A DNA stretch of 64,000 bases, from NCBI RefSeq assembly GCF_018350175.1, contig NC_058369.1, forward strand, positions 3,970,001 through 4,034,000, in the 5' to 3' direction. The DNA is from Felis catus. Lineage: Eukaryota. Made by a program: the position numbers and the translations under genes. Under the pieces are notes generated by a model. That model had not been told where the DNA came from. It saw only the letters and a list, made by a program, of their open reading frames with translations, and made no database searches. This document shows, one piece after another, positions 11,041-24,045 of the stretch (positions within the stretch are counted from its first letter, which is position 1; each line of letters starts with the position of its first letter).

Positions 11041-12817
11041 CTCCCCCTCCCCCCTCCCCCCTCCCCCCCTCCCTTTTCTCGCTCTGCCACCTCTCCCCCA
11101 GACGGCCGGGAGATCCCCTCTGGAGCTGGCCACGCAAACGTTGGTCTTTCCTTGGAGAAAAGTCTCCGTGGGTCTGGGGCCCCCGAACCTCGAGGCTGCG
11201 GGGAAAGGGGGGCCAGGTTGGTGCCTGGTGTCGCCGTGTGTCGGCGGGCACATGGCCCGCCCTCTCAAGGTCTAGTTGAAAAAGACCCCGTACGCGTCTG
11301 TTTCCCCCCCTCCGAGGCGCTTTCGGGGCAGAGAGCCCTGCGCACACGTGGCTAAATCCACACCCTCTCGGGGTCCCCTGTGCCCGACCGCCAACACCAC
11401 CGTGGCTGCTGTTCCCTCCTAGTCCTCCGTCGCTCACACGGGTCCAACCGCTGGAGCCGCTCCACTCGTCTGCCGGGCACCCCCCTGCCTCAGGGCCTTT
11501 GCACTTGCTGCTTCCGCTCTCTGGAATGTCCTCCCCCCCCCCCCATTCTCCCTACAGCTGGCGCTTCTTCCTGCCTGAGCTCTCGATGCCACGCCCTCCG
11601 AAAGCCCCCCCCCCCCCCAAGAAGCTTCCCGGTCCTTCCCTTCACGTTCCCTCACGTTCTGGTGACTTGCCGGCACTTACCTGCTTGGAAAGTATCTTAT
11701 TTACCCACGTGTTAGTTTGACATGAAGCCTGAGGCCACCGAGGCCCGAGAGTTTTCTGGGTTTTGCTTTCCGGCGGGTTTCTTGGTCTGTTTCGGTCACT
11801 GCTATCTTGGCGGGGGGGGGGGGGGGGGGGGCAGTGCTTGGTACACAGTAGGTGCTCAATCCATCCCTGTCGAGGAAAGGAGTAAAAGGAGGCATGAGAA
11901 GCCCACCCCGGCAGGGGCAAAGGCTCGGACGCGGGGATCTGTCCTCGGAAACTGTGACCCCAAGCCCCTGGTGTAGGGCCCCCAGCTTCCTCCCCTTCCG
12001 GGGAGGGGTCACACCTGGTGACTCCAGCAGGACGCACACCACGGCCAGCGCCACCCTGGCTCCCCACGCGCCCCGCCCCTGCCGGAGCCGCAGACGGCCT
12101 TCCGGCCAAGAACGAGGGTCCCCGTCTCGGGCCCCGCCCCGCCGCCTCCGCTTCCGAGGCGCCCCAGATGTCGCCACAGCAGACGAGACCCGCCTGGTGC
12201 CCAGGGAGGCCCGGCACAGATGGGATGAAACATCTGGGCCGCGTGTCGCCGGCAGCTGGTGGGAACCGGGAGGCTGCGAAACGCGCTGACGTCTCCAGGA
12301 GGTTGGGTGGCCCTGAGTCCCCTCCGGTCCCACCATCTGTCCGCGGCCAAAGCTTGCCTCTGGAGTCCTCTGGGCCGGGGAGGAGAGGGCCCCAAACCCG
12401 CCCGGCACCCCTGGTTCCTCCGTCTCCCTCCCTCCTCACCCCTCCCAGACCCGGGGCTTTATCTCCAAATTATACTCTGAATCCAAGCACTTGGCCCCCC
12501 TCCACCGCCACCGCCGGGCCGGGCCTCCAGCATCGCTCGCCTGGACTGGTGTAAGAGGGCTCCTTGGGTTTGGTCCCAGCGGCCTCCCTGCCCCCCACCC
12601 CCCTCACTCAGCCTGCTTCTGCCACACCGGCCTCTCTGCTGTTCTTTGAACACATCAGCCACCGTCCTGCCCCAGGGCCTTTGCCCACGCTGTTCCCTCT
12701 GCCTGGAATGCTCTTCTCCCCACACCTCCCCCACGGCCAGCTCCTCCTCCAAGTCTCTGTTCAAATGTCACCTCCTCCCAGAAGCCCTCCGGACCTCCCT
12801 GGCATCGTTAATCTCTG

Positions 12818-13145
12818 CCTTAGTCTATCAGGGCCGTTATAACAGAATTCCACAGACCAAGTGGCTTAGAAACACACATTTCCTTCTCGGTTTCGAAGGC
12901 TGGAAGTCCGAGATCAAGGCGCTGCAGATTCAATGTCTGGGGAGGGCCTGCTCCCGGTTTGGAGGGACGGCCGTCTCCTCACTGTGTGCTCACCCGGAGG
13001 AAGGCGTGAGGGAGCTCTCCGGAGTCTCCTTCAGAAGGGGACTTGGCTGCATTCATGGGGGGCTCCCAGCGGGCCCCCCCCCCGATACCATCACACTGGG
13101 GAGTCGATTTCAGTCTGCTGACTGCACAACATTCAGTCTACAGCA
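12818..13145. mobile_element. MaLR LTR (MLT1-like) remnant
   Basis: taacagaattccacagac...ggcttagaaac...ggctggaagtccgagatcaagg...aacattcagtctacagca typical of MLT1. Confidence 0.75.
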
Positions 13146-13308
13146 ATGTCCACGTCCTCCCTGCCCCATGTCACCCTCTGCCCCAGCCACACGGGTCACC
13201 TCGCAAGACACCATCCGGGCGCCCGGCCTTTGCTCTACCCGGCAGCTCCCTCTGCCTCCTCCCTTGTGCCTGGCAGGCTCCTACTCCTCCTCTCACCCCG
13301 TTTAATTA

Positions 13309-13518
13309 ATTTTTTTAATGTTGACTTATTTCTGGAGAAAAAGACAGAGTGTGAGCGGGGGTGGGGCAGAGAGAGAGAGGGAGACGCAGAATCCGAAACA
13401 GGCTCCAGGCTCCGAGCTGCCAGCACAGAGCCCGACGCGGGGCTCGAACCCACGGGCCGCGAGATCATGACCTGAGCCGAAGTCAGACGCTTAACCGACC
13501 GAGCCACCCAGGCGCCCC
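13309..13518 (-). mobile_element. SINEC_Fc
   Basis: Reverse canonical body ending gagccacccaggcgcccc. Confidence 0.95.
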
Positions 13519-14084
13519 AATTAGCCCCGTTTTGAATGTCCCTTCTTCCAATCTCCCCACTTAGCCCCCCTCCTGAGTTCCTCCCTGGATTCCCCCTGAC
13601 CCCAGGGACCTGAGTGGGTTTCTGTCCGGCTGAGCCTCCGCGTCCCCGGGCCCCTGGGACAGCTCTCCGCACACGAGCGGCTGTCACCAAATGTCCCCGC
13701 TCTGCCAGAACTCGTTCCTCCTCCCCAGCCTGCGTTTCCTTCCAGAATCTCCACGCCTCGGAGGCAGCTTGGCCGCAGCGTCCGTTTGGAAGGAACAGAG
13801 TGGCTGGGGGTCGGAGGGGACCATCTCGAAGCCGGGCTTGCGCGGTGGGCTCACCTCTTCTATGTGGCCTGTCAGTTTCTCTGGATGGTTCCACGCTCTC
13901 TGACGGACATCGTGGAAGGGTCTGGAGCCCCCGGGCCACCCCGTGGCAGCGCCCGTCTCTCCCTCTGGCTGCCCAGCGTCCCAGCCCCTCCTGGCAGCTC
14001 CCGCTCAGCCCCAGACCCCCGCGCCCATTTCCAATGGCAGATGTCACCTTGGGACACTCAGTCACGTGATCAGAAGCACCCAAG

Positions 14085-14290
14085 GAGCCTAGTGGTGAAA
14101 ATTGTTGACCCCGGAGCCACGGGGCCCGAGTTCAAATCCCAGGCTGCCACTCGCAGTCATTCTGTGCGATCTCGGGCAAAGCACTTGACCCCTCTGGGCC
14201 TTGGTTTCCCCATCTCTAAAATGGGGCTATGGTACCTTTAACCTTGTCCTAAGGATGTAAGGACTTACTCTGCATTTGTGTCAAAAATAG
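14085..14290 (+). mobile_element. MIR remnant
   Basis: gagttcaaatcccaggctgccact...ctctgggccttggtttccccatctctaaaatgggg MIR core. Confidence 0.75.
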
Positions 14291-17200
14291 GGCCCACACA
14301 TGGGAACCTCCCAGCGAGTATTAGCCACTCTACTTCTTTTTTTAGACCCCCCCCCCCCACCTCCCTGGGGCCCAGGGCCAGCCTGTTCTCACCTGCTCCA
14401 GAGTACAGGGTCATGGCCTCCAGCCCCTGCTCTGTGGCAGCCATCACTGTTGGGAGAAGGTTCCAGAAGGAGAGGGAGAGGCTGCCTGGTGGTTCCTCTC
14501 AGCTCCACGTTTACAGAGCGAGCCCAGGGCATTTAACTTAAAACAGAGATGGGGGGGGCATGGTGTGTTTGGGGGGGTTAGGGGTTAGCGGCTAAAGGTT
14601 CCGGCCCCACCCGGGGGTTGGTGGACACTGTCAGCAGCCCCAGGAGTTAAAAGCCAAGATTCCACCCGCACGTCCAACTCCACGTGCTTGGGGGGCCTGG
14701 AAACTGTTTCCATGACACCCAGGAGCCCGAGTCCTTTGAAGGGCCCGGTCCGAGGGTGAGGGTTTTGGGGGGGGGGGGGTAGGGGGTGTCGGGGAGGGCT
14801 TGCTCGGTAACCGTGGCAACGCCAACAGCGGCAGGAGGCCAGCCCAGCCGGCACGGAGGCGCCCGCACCCCGGATCCCAGCGCCGCCACGGCCCCTGGAG
14901 CGCAGACGGTGAGCCGGAGGCCCAGAGACGCCGCTCATCTGCCCCGGTCGCCCACCCGATTTGGAAGCGGCACCGGGCGCTTGCCCACGTTGGGGGGGGG
15001 GGGGCGGGGATCACGGGAAGGGGCGGGGCCTCAGGAGGCCACGCGGAGACCTCCGGGGCTTGGCCTGGGCAATCCGGGAGGGCTTCCCGAAAGAGGTGGG
15101 CGTTTCCCCAACTTCGGCCCCACCTGTTCCGCGGTTTGTTTGGTGTTTGCCTTCCAGCTGCCTCACGTCCTCTCAAGTCCGTGTCTTTGAAAACACAGTC
15201 TCCGCCTCCCTCCTGGAAATGGAGAGCGGCTCGCACCTGTCACAAATAGCAGGCGGGCGGCGAAAACACGCGGGATGGAAACAAAACGTGGTCGGTTCAT
15301 CCAGCGAGGCGTCTGCGCAGCCGCCGCCGCCGCCGCCGGCACTTTGCTTACGAGGGGGCGAGGGGGAGGCCCGAAAGGGTTAAATCAGTCCCCGGGGGGA
15401 GGCTCCCTCCTGTGCATCATCAGAGGGAGTCAAAGAGGGCTGGGAACGGGAATTATGCGGTTTATTAAGTAATCCAGAGTCCCTGTGGGCCCCAGCATCC
15501 AGGGGGATCTGACCCACCAGAGGATTTGGTTAGGTGGAAGGGATAGGCATCTGGGCAGAGGGCACAGTATCAGCAAAGGCTCAGGGCGGGGCTGCAAGAG
15601 GAGTGGGGGCAGCCCGGAGAGGCTTTGTCCCCGGGCCAGAAGACACAGGGCCTCCTGGTCTTTCTGGTGTTTTCCAACAGGGGAGGGGGGAAAAAGCACA
15701 TGAACTTTCCAAGGTCCAAGCCGGAGGGCGTCCTGGGGCTGTGGGTTCTGAAAGACTAAGGGGTGGAGCTTTCTGGGAGCTGAAAGTGTTTATCTGGAAG
15801 GTGATTCCAGGAAGCAGGAAAAAGTGGGGGGAGGTGGAGATTGGCAGCGTAAGGAGCCAACAGGGGGGCACTGATGACCAGGTGGCTGTTGTGGGCATCC
15901 GGGGCTGACATTTTGGGGACCTCTGGTAGCCTGTGTAGAGCAAGCCTCAGAGTTGGCCCATTCGTATATTAAAGGCTCTGACAAGTTCTGCAGAAGAGAT
16001 ACCTGTTGAACAATTTCCCAGATGAGCGTGAACATAAACTCTATCCACAGCAGTTTCCTGGACACAATTTTGGAGGCCTCTCATCATACCGCTGCCCTCT
16101 CTTGGTCTCCTCTTGTATCCAGACTGCAACATGAGACAGAGAAAGGCCAAGGAAACTAACAATGAAATAAAAAGTAACAGTCACAATTATTATTCCTACA
16201 AAAGCACATTTATTGGCTTATGTATCTGGAAAGTCCAAACTGTCTGCTTTCAGGCATGGCTGGATCCAGGAGCTGGAATGATGCTATCGATGCTACTTTA
16301 AACACACGTGCCTTTACTGTTGACATATAAATTCAAAAAAATGTATGTAACTCGATAGGTTTTGACACGTGTGTATTTGCGTGAAGCCATCACCCAAATC
16401 AAGATGAGTACAGCACCCCCCAAACTCTCCTGATGCCCCCTTTATAATACCTTTCCAGCACATGAAGAAACCATAGCAGGACATGTACTTGGAGAGCATG
16501 AAACCGGGTGGCTTGGTCAGGGCTCTGTTTCGTTGCGAGCAAATGGGCTTAAACACGTCTAAGCAAAACCAGCACGTGAGCGGGTTCCGGCGACGGCAAA
16601 GGTTCCCAATTTCAGGCAAAGCCTGGATCCGCGAGTTGAGATGGTGTCGTCATTGGAAGCCGGTCACTTCCTGTGTCTCAGCTTGACTTTCCTCTGAGTG
16701 GGCTTCACTCACAGGTCAGGCATCCCATTCACGGAATAAACAGAGACCCCAGGCTCCAAGCTTTTTTCTCTCTTTCCAGTCAACACCCCCCCCCCCCCCC
16801 AGCAGAAACGGAAACCCTCCTCTTGGTCCCAGCGAAACCCGTGGCTGATTCTGATTGGCTGGACTCGGGTCACATGGCTGGCCCTGAACCAATCGCTGGG
16901 GCCGAGGGATGTGAGGTTTCCCCCGCTAACCTGCTTAGGGTCGGCCCAGAGTCAGAAGGGTGAGGGTGTGGGGCCAGGCTGTGAGCGGGGGAGCAGGGAT
17001 GTCCCCAAAGGCAGAGCCACCATTTGTCACCCCCAGGCGCCTGGACTGGCCCGAACAGCTAGGGTTTAAAGCTTAGGCTCGCCATAATGGGCTGTGTGAC
17101 GCTAGGGAAATGGCTTGCCTTCTCTGGAAGGCTGTTTCTCCATCCAGAAAAAGAGATCGGTGGGTGACTGCGATGGGTCCCTTGACACATGGAGCTGCAC

Positions 17201-17519
17201 CGTGTCTGGGGCGCCCAGGAGCCTGGGGACACCGCCGCCTCCCTCCTGCCTCTGTTCCGTGGCCCCATGAACCACGGGCCCGGATCGCTGAGCGTTTATT
17301 ATGCGCCACACAGATACACAGCAGGGGCCGCCGCAGCGCTGGGAGTCGCGGCCCATCCGAGAGAAGAAATTCATAGGCAACGTAACCCACCTACACAGGC
17401 AGTTTCAAAAACCCTGACTTGCTCCTTATCATACAAGGGAGAAATAAAAATAACACCCTTTGGTATAAAGTTCGGTGTATTTCAACGTGTAAATGCGCCA
17501 GCACAATGGTGACAAAAGC

Positions 17520-18220
17520 CACCGCAAGGCCGGCCGAGGTAGCCCCCGCCTGGCTCACCTTCGTGTTTCTTTCCTGGACCAGGGCGGTTGCCCCGACGCT
17601 GGTCTCCAGTCCCTCCCTTCCCCCCACGGCTGTCATTCCCGCAGCGGCCACCAGAGGGCGCCCGTGAGCACCCGCGTCAGCTCCCGCCCCCCTCTGCCCG
17701 CAGCCCTCCAGGGCTCCCCCACCACCACCCGGAGGTAGAAGCCCAAGTCCTCCCCGCGGCCCCCTAGGCCCGGCACGACCTGCTCCTGTCCCCTCTCTGC
17801 CTCTCCTCCTCCCTCTCACCCAGTGGCTCACTGTGCTCCAGCCGCATGGGCCTCCTCTCCGTTCTTTCATCACACCCGGCCCGGTCCTGCCCCAGGGCCT
17901 TTGCACAGCCACACCCTCCACCTGGACAGCGCCCTTCCCGGATGTCCCCATGCCTGGTTTCTTCTCATCCTTCAGGTCTCAGCTCCACTGTCACGTGTCA
18001 GACCTCCTCCCTGTGCCCCCCGGACCCCCGCTAGATGCTCCCCCCTTCATTGTCACATCCCTCCACTTTGCCTTCCCTGCCTGACGCTTTCTGATTTTCC
18101 TTTAATTCCCTGATTTCTTTGTTGTCTGACTCTCCCCCATGGTCTGGGAGCCCCGAGGGAGGAACTAGGACAGTGCCCAGAGCGTGACAGACATCCAGTC
18201 AATAGGTGTGCATTCCACAG
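17520..18220 (+). mobile_element. L2-derived GC-rich repeat copy with CTCF-like motif
   Basis: CCACCAGAGGGCGC at 17648-17661 followed by L2 hallmark ctccagcc...cctgccccagggcctttgcac. Confidence 0.75.
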
Positions 18221-19333
18221 GGCACCTTCTCGTACCCACTTTCCGGGTGAGGACGCTGAGGCACAAAGAGGTCATCTTCCTGGAGTGAGAGCCAGGCCCG
18301 AGGCACTCGGGGACTAACGCTTGGCTCTGAGGCTGAACCCCGGCTCCCTGGAGGCCCCAGACTGTGGGAGGACGCAGAGAGGAGGGGCGAGCAGCAGAGA
18401 AGGAGTTAAACCTCCCCCCCCCGCCCCACCCCCACCACTTGAGTCACCAGGCCTGGGTCACTTTGTGCCGAATTCACACATCCACACACGGTTTCTGGCT
18501 CCCTTGGCTCGCCCGCCCCCCCGGGGGGAAGCGTGTTCGTTTCCATGGCGACCGTGTTGTCGCCAGTGTGACTGGGGCTGAGTGACAGCCACGGGGGCCA
18601 GATGAAGTCGCTCGCCACCCACGCAGGAGAGACAGGCGCGGGCCCAGAAGTGCCGGCAGCAGGGAGGGACTCGGGGGTTCACTTGAGCCACCAACAGGCA
18701 GGAGCTGTGGGGCGCGTCCCCCCCGCTGGCTGCCGCCCGCCATCCCGGCTCCGAGCCTTTGCTGTCGGAGCGATTTAGCTGGTTCTGGGGGTTTCCAAGG
18801 GAGCTTAGATCTCAGATGCGTCAGCCCGTGTTCTGAAGGAGCGACTGCATCTGATCCATGTTTATAACTGTCACTCCCAGCGCCGGGCCCGGACTCCGGG
18901 AGGTGCTCCAGGCGTGTTGGAGGAGGACGGGGAGAGGGAGGGGGGAAGGAGTCATGGCCAAAGCACTTTAGTTCTTACCTACCGCTGGGTATCTGCCAAC
19001 AGTTCCCTTATCAGCCAGCCGCGTCCATTATCAGTTAACCTTTTCGCCGTCAGCTCTGTGGTTAGCGGCTCACCCCTCGGCCATCATCTTTCTCAGAAAA
19101 GGACCTGGCGCCTCAGACAGCGGGGCTCTTGCCCTGAGATCCCCTCCCGCAGGTGAGGGGCAGTTCCGAGACCGCAGGGAGTCGCCAGGGGAAAAAAACC
19201 GTGAGCTTGGCTCTCAAGGAGGGATTCTCACACCTGTGCACCTGCCCTGAACCTGACGGGTCCGCCTTGGGCTGTAATGAGGTCCCCATCACAGGAGGTA
19301 ATCAAGGCGAGCTGTTGAACCGTGCCCAGGAGG

Positions 19334-19334
<1 letters not shown>

Positions 19335-19376
<42 letters not shown>
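19335..19376. repeat. (TG)n microsatellite
   Basis: Direct inspection. Confidence 0.97.
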
Positions 19377-19379
<3 letters not shown>

Positions 19380-20104
19380 GCGGAGGGGGGGAGGACTGGA
19401 GTCGGAAAATTCCAAAACACCCTTCCTTCTGACTCTAAGATGTGGTGCTGATGCTGAGATGCCAAGACGGCATGCTGGAGGTCTCGGCCGTCATTCCGAG
19501 ATCTTGTGATTAGTCATGATTCACCGATTGCACAAACGTTTATTCACCAGGTGCTGCTGTGAGCTAGGTCCCGTTCTAGGAGCTGGGGACACAGCAGGGA
19601 CCAAGACAACAATAGCTGCCCCGTGGGACTGACAGTCTGGGGTGGAGGAGGCAAGAAACAGTTAAAGCAGTGGGGGGTCTCCCAGCAGGGAGGGAGACTG
19701 GCAGGGGGAAATGAGTAGGGAGGAGCGGTCTGGGACTGACTGCCGGCCGGAGGGAGAGTCTAGCCAATAAGGTCTCACGTGAGCCAAAACCCAAGACGAT
19801 GAAGGAAGGAACCAGGTGAGCGAAGGAGGTTCCAGGCAGAGGCAACAGCAGGGGCAAAGGCCCTGGGGCAGGAACGAGCCTGGTGTGTTTGAAGCACAGG
19901 GAGGAGATGATAGAGGAGGGTTGGAGGGGAGGGACATTGAAGAACTTCCCGCTGAGAAGCCGCTATCTGAGCTGAGAAGGAGACCCGACCCCCAAGAGCC
20001 AGGGATTTCCGGACGGAGGGGACCAGCACCTACAAGGGTCCTGGGGTAGGGGTGAGCTTGGAGAGAGGGAGAGCGGCACACACAAAGACTCCTTCACTGC
20101 TGGG

Positions 20105-20502
20105 TGCTACGGGTTGCATGGTGTGTCCCCCAAATTCATACGCTGAAGTCCTGACCCCCGAGACTCTAGAACGTGACCTCCTTTGGAAATAGGGTCGTTG
20201 CAGATGTAATCAGTGCAGTTCAGGGGAGGTCACGCTGGAGGAGGACGGGTCCCCGATCCGATATGACTGCTGTCCCTACAAAAGGGGGAAATTGAGATGC
20301 AGCACGTGTATGGGGAGACTGCCCGGTGACCACGGAGACGGCCACCCATGAGCCACGGAACACGGTCGTCACACGAGACCAGCCCTACCAACGCCTCGGT
20401 CGTGGACTCACAGCTTCCAGAAAAGCGAGACAGTAACTTTCTGCTGTGTAAGCCATCCGGCTTACGGTCCTTTGTCACGGCAACCGCTGGAAACCAACAC
20501 AG
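20105..20502 (+). mobile_element. MaLR LTR (MLT1-like)
   Basis: tgctacgggttg...cccccaaattcatacgctgaagtcc...tttggaaatagggtcgttgcagatgtaatc...ggaaaccaacaca. Confidence 0.85.
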
Positions 20503-21749
20503 GGGACGGGCCAACGAGTGAACAAATGACGGCCCTTGGGAAGTCGGGAATTGTGTTTGCCAAGCTCAACGTCTGCCCGCCTCGCCTCTGACCGGAGCCG
20601 CGCGATGCTGGGAACACCCAAGCCAGGGGGCCGAATCCCCAGCTGGTGTCTCCGGGAGGAAAGAGCCCAAGGTGCCCCGTGGTGCCCGGGCCCTCTTCTG
20701 CCCCAAGACATCCTCCGCGGCCACCGCCCCCCGGGGAAGTAGGGACTCACTGTCCTTCTTCCGGGTGAGGAACCTGAGGCTCAGAGAGGGCACGGGGAGG
20801 TAGATACCGCTACAAAGATGTCCCATGGAGCCCTGTGTCAGCCCCTCCCCTGCCTCTAGGGAGTAGAACGGGGCAGGCACGGCGGGTGGCACTGAACAGG
20901 GCTGGTTGGCAGCGGTCCCGCCCCAGTCACCCCTTCTCACCACCGTCCACCTGCGGCTGACACCCTGCCACCAGCCCACCGCACACGACCCTGTTGAGCC
21001 ACGCCTGGGCTCCCGGCCCGCAGCGCCCGAGAGCGCGAATGCACCGTGTCTCAAGCCACTGAGTTTGGGAGCCACTTTTCCCCGGGAGACGCTAACCAGG
21101 AGGGCGATCCCTTAGCAAGGCCACACGGTAGGAGGGGGTCAAGTGGACCGTGAACAGCGGGGCTCCACAGAGACGGGTCCAACCCCTTGCTCTCAACGAT
21201 GGCCAACCGACCCCTCGCCCAGACTCGCTGTGGGACTGAGCGCTTTGGATCCCGACCCTCCGAGGTGCAAGGCTGCAGGACGCCCTGGTTTGTTTGTAAG
21301 TTTTACTTAAACCCCAGGGTGTCTGCGTACGGTGTGGTGTCACTGATTCAGTATCTCGGTACAACACAACCCAGTGCTCATCACAAGCCCCCATCACCCG
21401 TTTCTCCCATCCCCCACCCCCACCCCAGGGACCAGCAGTTTGTTCTCTGTAGTCAAGAGTCTGTTTCTTGGTTTCTCTCTCTGTCTCTCTTTTCCCTTTG
21501 CTTCTTCAGAACCCACTTGTTTGAAAATTGCCTCACATTCTGTTCCTTGAATTCACCAAGCTCTCTCCAACCTCAGGGCCTTTGCACTTGCTGTGCCCTC
21601 TTCCTGGAGCGCCCTCCCCGTGGCTTGCTCCCTCGCTTGCTCGAATGTCACCTCCTCAGAAAGGCCCTCCTGATTCCCCCTTCCCTACCTGAGGTCACCC
21701 CCCACCCCAGTACATCACGTCATTTTGTTTTCTTTAGACTCTTTATCAT

Positions 21750-21958
21750 GGACTCCTGGGTGGCTCAGTCGGTTAAGCCACGGTTGGTTCAACTCACGAT
21801 CTCACGGTTCGTGGGTTCGAGCCCCGCGTCCGGCTCTGTGCTGACATCCGGCAGCCTGGAGCCTGCTTCAGATCCTGTGTCTCCCTCTCTCTCCGCCCCT
21901 CCCCTGCTTGCGCTCTGTCTCTCTCTCTCTCTGAAAAATAGGTAAACACTTAAAAAAA
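21750..21958 (+). mobile_element. Can-SINE
   Basis: cctgggtggctcagtcggttaag head, CT tract; flanking tctttatca repeat. Confidence 0.9.
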
Positions 21959-22050
21959 TTAGAATCTTTATCAGAAAGAATTTATTTCAGAAATGTTCTT
22001 TAAAAAACTTTTTATCACGTGTGCGCTCCATAAAGGCAGGAACTTTCTGG

Positions 22051-22078
22051 TTTTTTTCTTCAAAATTGATTTATCTAT

Positions 22079-22127
<49 letters not shown>

Positions 22128-22293
22128 AGCACGAGCCAGGGAGGGGCGGGCAGACAGAGAGGAGAGAGAGAGAATCCCAAGCAGGCTCTGCGCTGAGCCT
22201 GACGCGGGGCTCGAACCCACGGACCGTGCGATCGTGACCTGAGCGGAAACCAAGAGTCGGACGCTTAACCGACTGAACTATACCGAGGCGCCC
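22051..22293 (-). mobile_element. Can-SINE with expanded (GA)n
   Basis: gagagaatcccaagcaggctc... reverse body. Confidence 0.9.
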
Positions 22294-23708
22294 ACGGAGG
22301 GGCGCTCGTCTGCTTGGGCCACTGCCGCGTCCCCGGCGCTCGGTCAGGCCCCCGGCGGACGTTCACGGGAGCCCCCTGGGGGCGAGCTGGGGCCTCGACT
22401 CTGTGCCTTCCCGGCTCTGAGCCTCAGCCCACCCTCCACTCCAGGGGCAGCTACCCCGCCACACAGGGGCCGCCGCCCGCCCGGGTGTGTGCGAACCAAC
22501 GCCCAGGGCCGGGGCCACCGCCCCCGGGGGTGTCCTGCTCGCCCGGGGACGTGTCGCTGTCTGTGGTGCTGAAGGGCTGCGGCGAGACCACCTCCCGCGC
22601 CCGGCTTGTTACAGCTCCTTGGGAGGAGGAAGTCCACGATCCGGGCGGTGGGATCTGGGTTTTCAGGAGCCCACCCAGTTCCTTCACAGAACTCCCTTCC
22701 GAGACCCAGTCTTGGCGGCTCCCCGTGGGAAGAGCCTCCCTTCCGGGGGACCCTGAGCTCTCCAGCCCGGTCCTGGCGTGAGCCTGGTGGCGTCGACCCG
22801 AGGGAGAATCCCAGGTGGCGTCAATGACAAGGGTGACGGGTCCATCCGGCCTCTCTGTCTTTGTGTCTCTGTCTCTCTCTGTGTCTGTCTCTGTCTTTAT
22901 CTCTCGTCTCTCCATATCCCTCTCTGTATCTTTTGGTGACTCTGTCTCTCTCTGTATCTCTCCGTCTCTATTTCTCTTTCTGTCTCGCTGTCTCTTCCTG
23001 TCTCGTTCTCTCCTCCCAGCCACCACCCTGAAAGTTCTAAGCTTTCGTGCCTCCCGCAAGGGACCCACCTCTCTCCGGCCACTCGACATGGGGGCAAAGT
23101 GAAGACCGTAGCGTCTCACCCTGCCTTCACACCTGCCATTCCAAGCAAAAGTGCATAGAGGGTCACCATGTCCTGCCCAGCTCTGCCTCTGCCCCTCCCC
23201 CCGTGACCCCCAAGTCGCAGGCTCCCCGTCTGTACAATGACGTGATTGGTAGATGGGTTTTTAGCACCTCCCTGATTCCCAAGGGCCACTCCCTGCCGCC
23301 TGCCTAAAAAAAAAAAAACAAAAAAAAACAAAAAAAAACCTCAGTCCCCAAACACCTGGAAGCCGAACATGAGGTGTGTGAATAATTTATCTTGTGAGTC
23401 ATTTTAATATTTTATAATAATTGTGATGAGCTGTTTGGTTTTATGGAGCTGTTTGGGTGTCATTAAGACACAGCCAGGGATGGGCCACGGCAGCATCTCG
23501 GAATCGGCCAAGGTGACATGTCCCCAGGGAGGTACCCAGCGGCAGCCGAGGGAAGAAGGCAGTCTCAAGCGATGGTGAGGGGACCACGTACCGCTGGTGG
23601 CCCATGGGCTCTAGGTGACCAAGACTGTAGCTGTGAATTAGCTTCACCTTCTTGTTCTCACTCATCCGTTTCATCCAAGCACTTACTCGCTTGCACATGT
23701 AAACCGTC

Positions 23709-24045
23709 TGTTAGGGACGGAATGTTTACGCTCCCACGCCACCTACCAAATTCGTATGTTGAAGCCCCAATCCCCAAGGGGCACTTGGTCGGGGAGGCTT
23801 TCGGGGGTTAATCAGGAATAGATGAGACCTTGAGAATAAAGCCCAAATAGTAGGATTAGTGCTCTCGTAAGAAGGACACGGCTCTTTCCTCCATGCAAGG
23901 ACGCGGTTAAGCAGTTGTCACAAGCCAGGAAGAGGGTCCTCACTGGGAACCAAATCTGCTGGCACCTTGACCTTAGACTTCCCAGTCTCCAAAAATGTCT
24001 GCTGTCACCACTCCATGGTGTTAGGGCCACCAGAGCAGACTATGA
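23709..24045 (+). mobile_element. MaLR LTR (MLT1A-like)
   Basis: ccaaattcgtatgttgaagcccc...aaatctgctggcaccttgaccttagacttccc...agcagactatgaga. Confidence 0.75.

Noticed and set aside
11812..11831. Numerous poly-G/poly-C runs of 10-20 nt across the window
   Set aside because: Scattered homopolymer expansions with no regular spacing; lengths unreliable in assemblies
17913..17933. REST/NRSE right half GGACAGCGCC
   Set aside because: Left half (TTCAGCACC) is absent and it lies in an L2 copy
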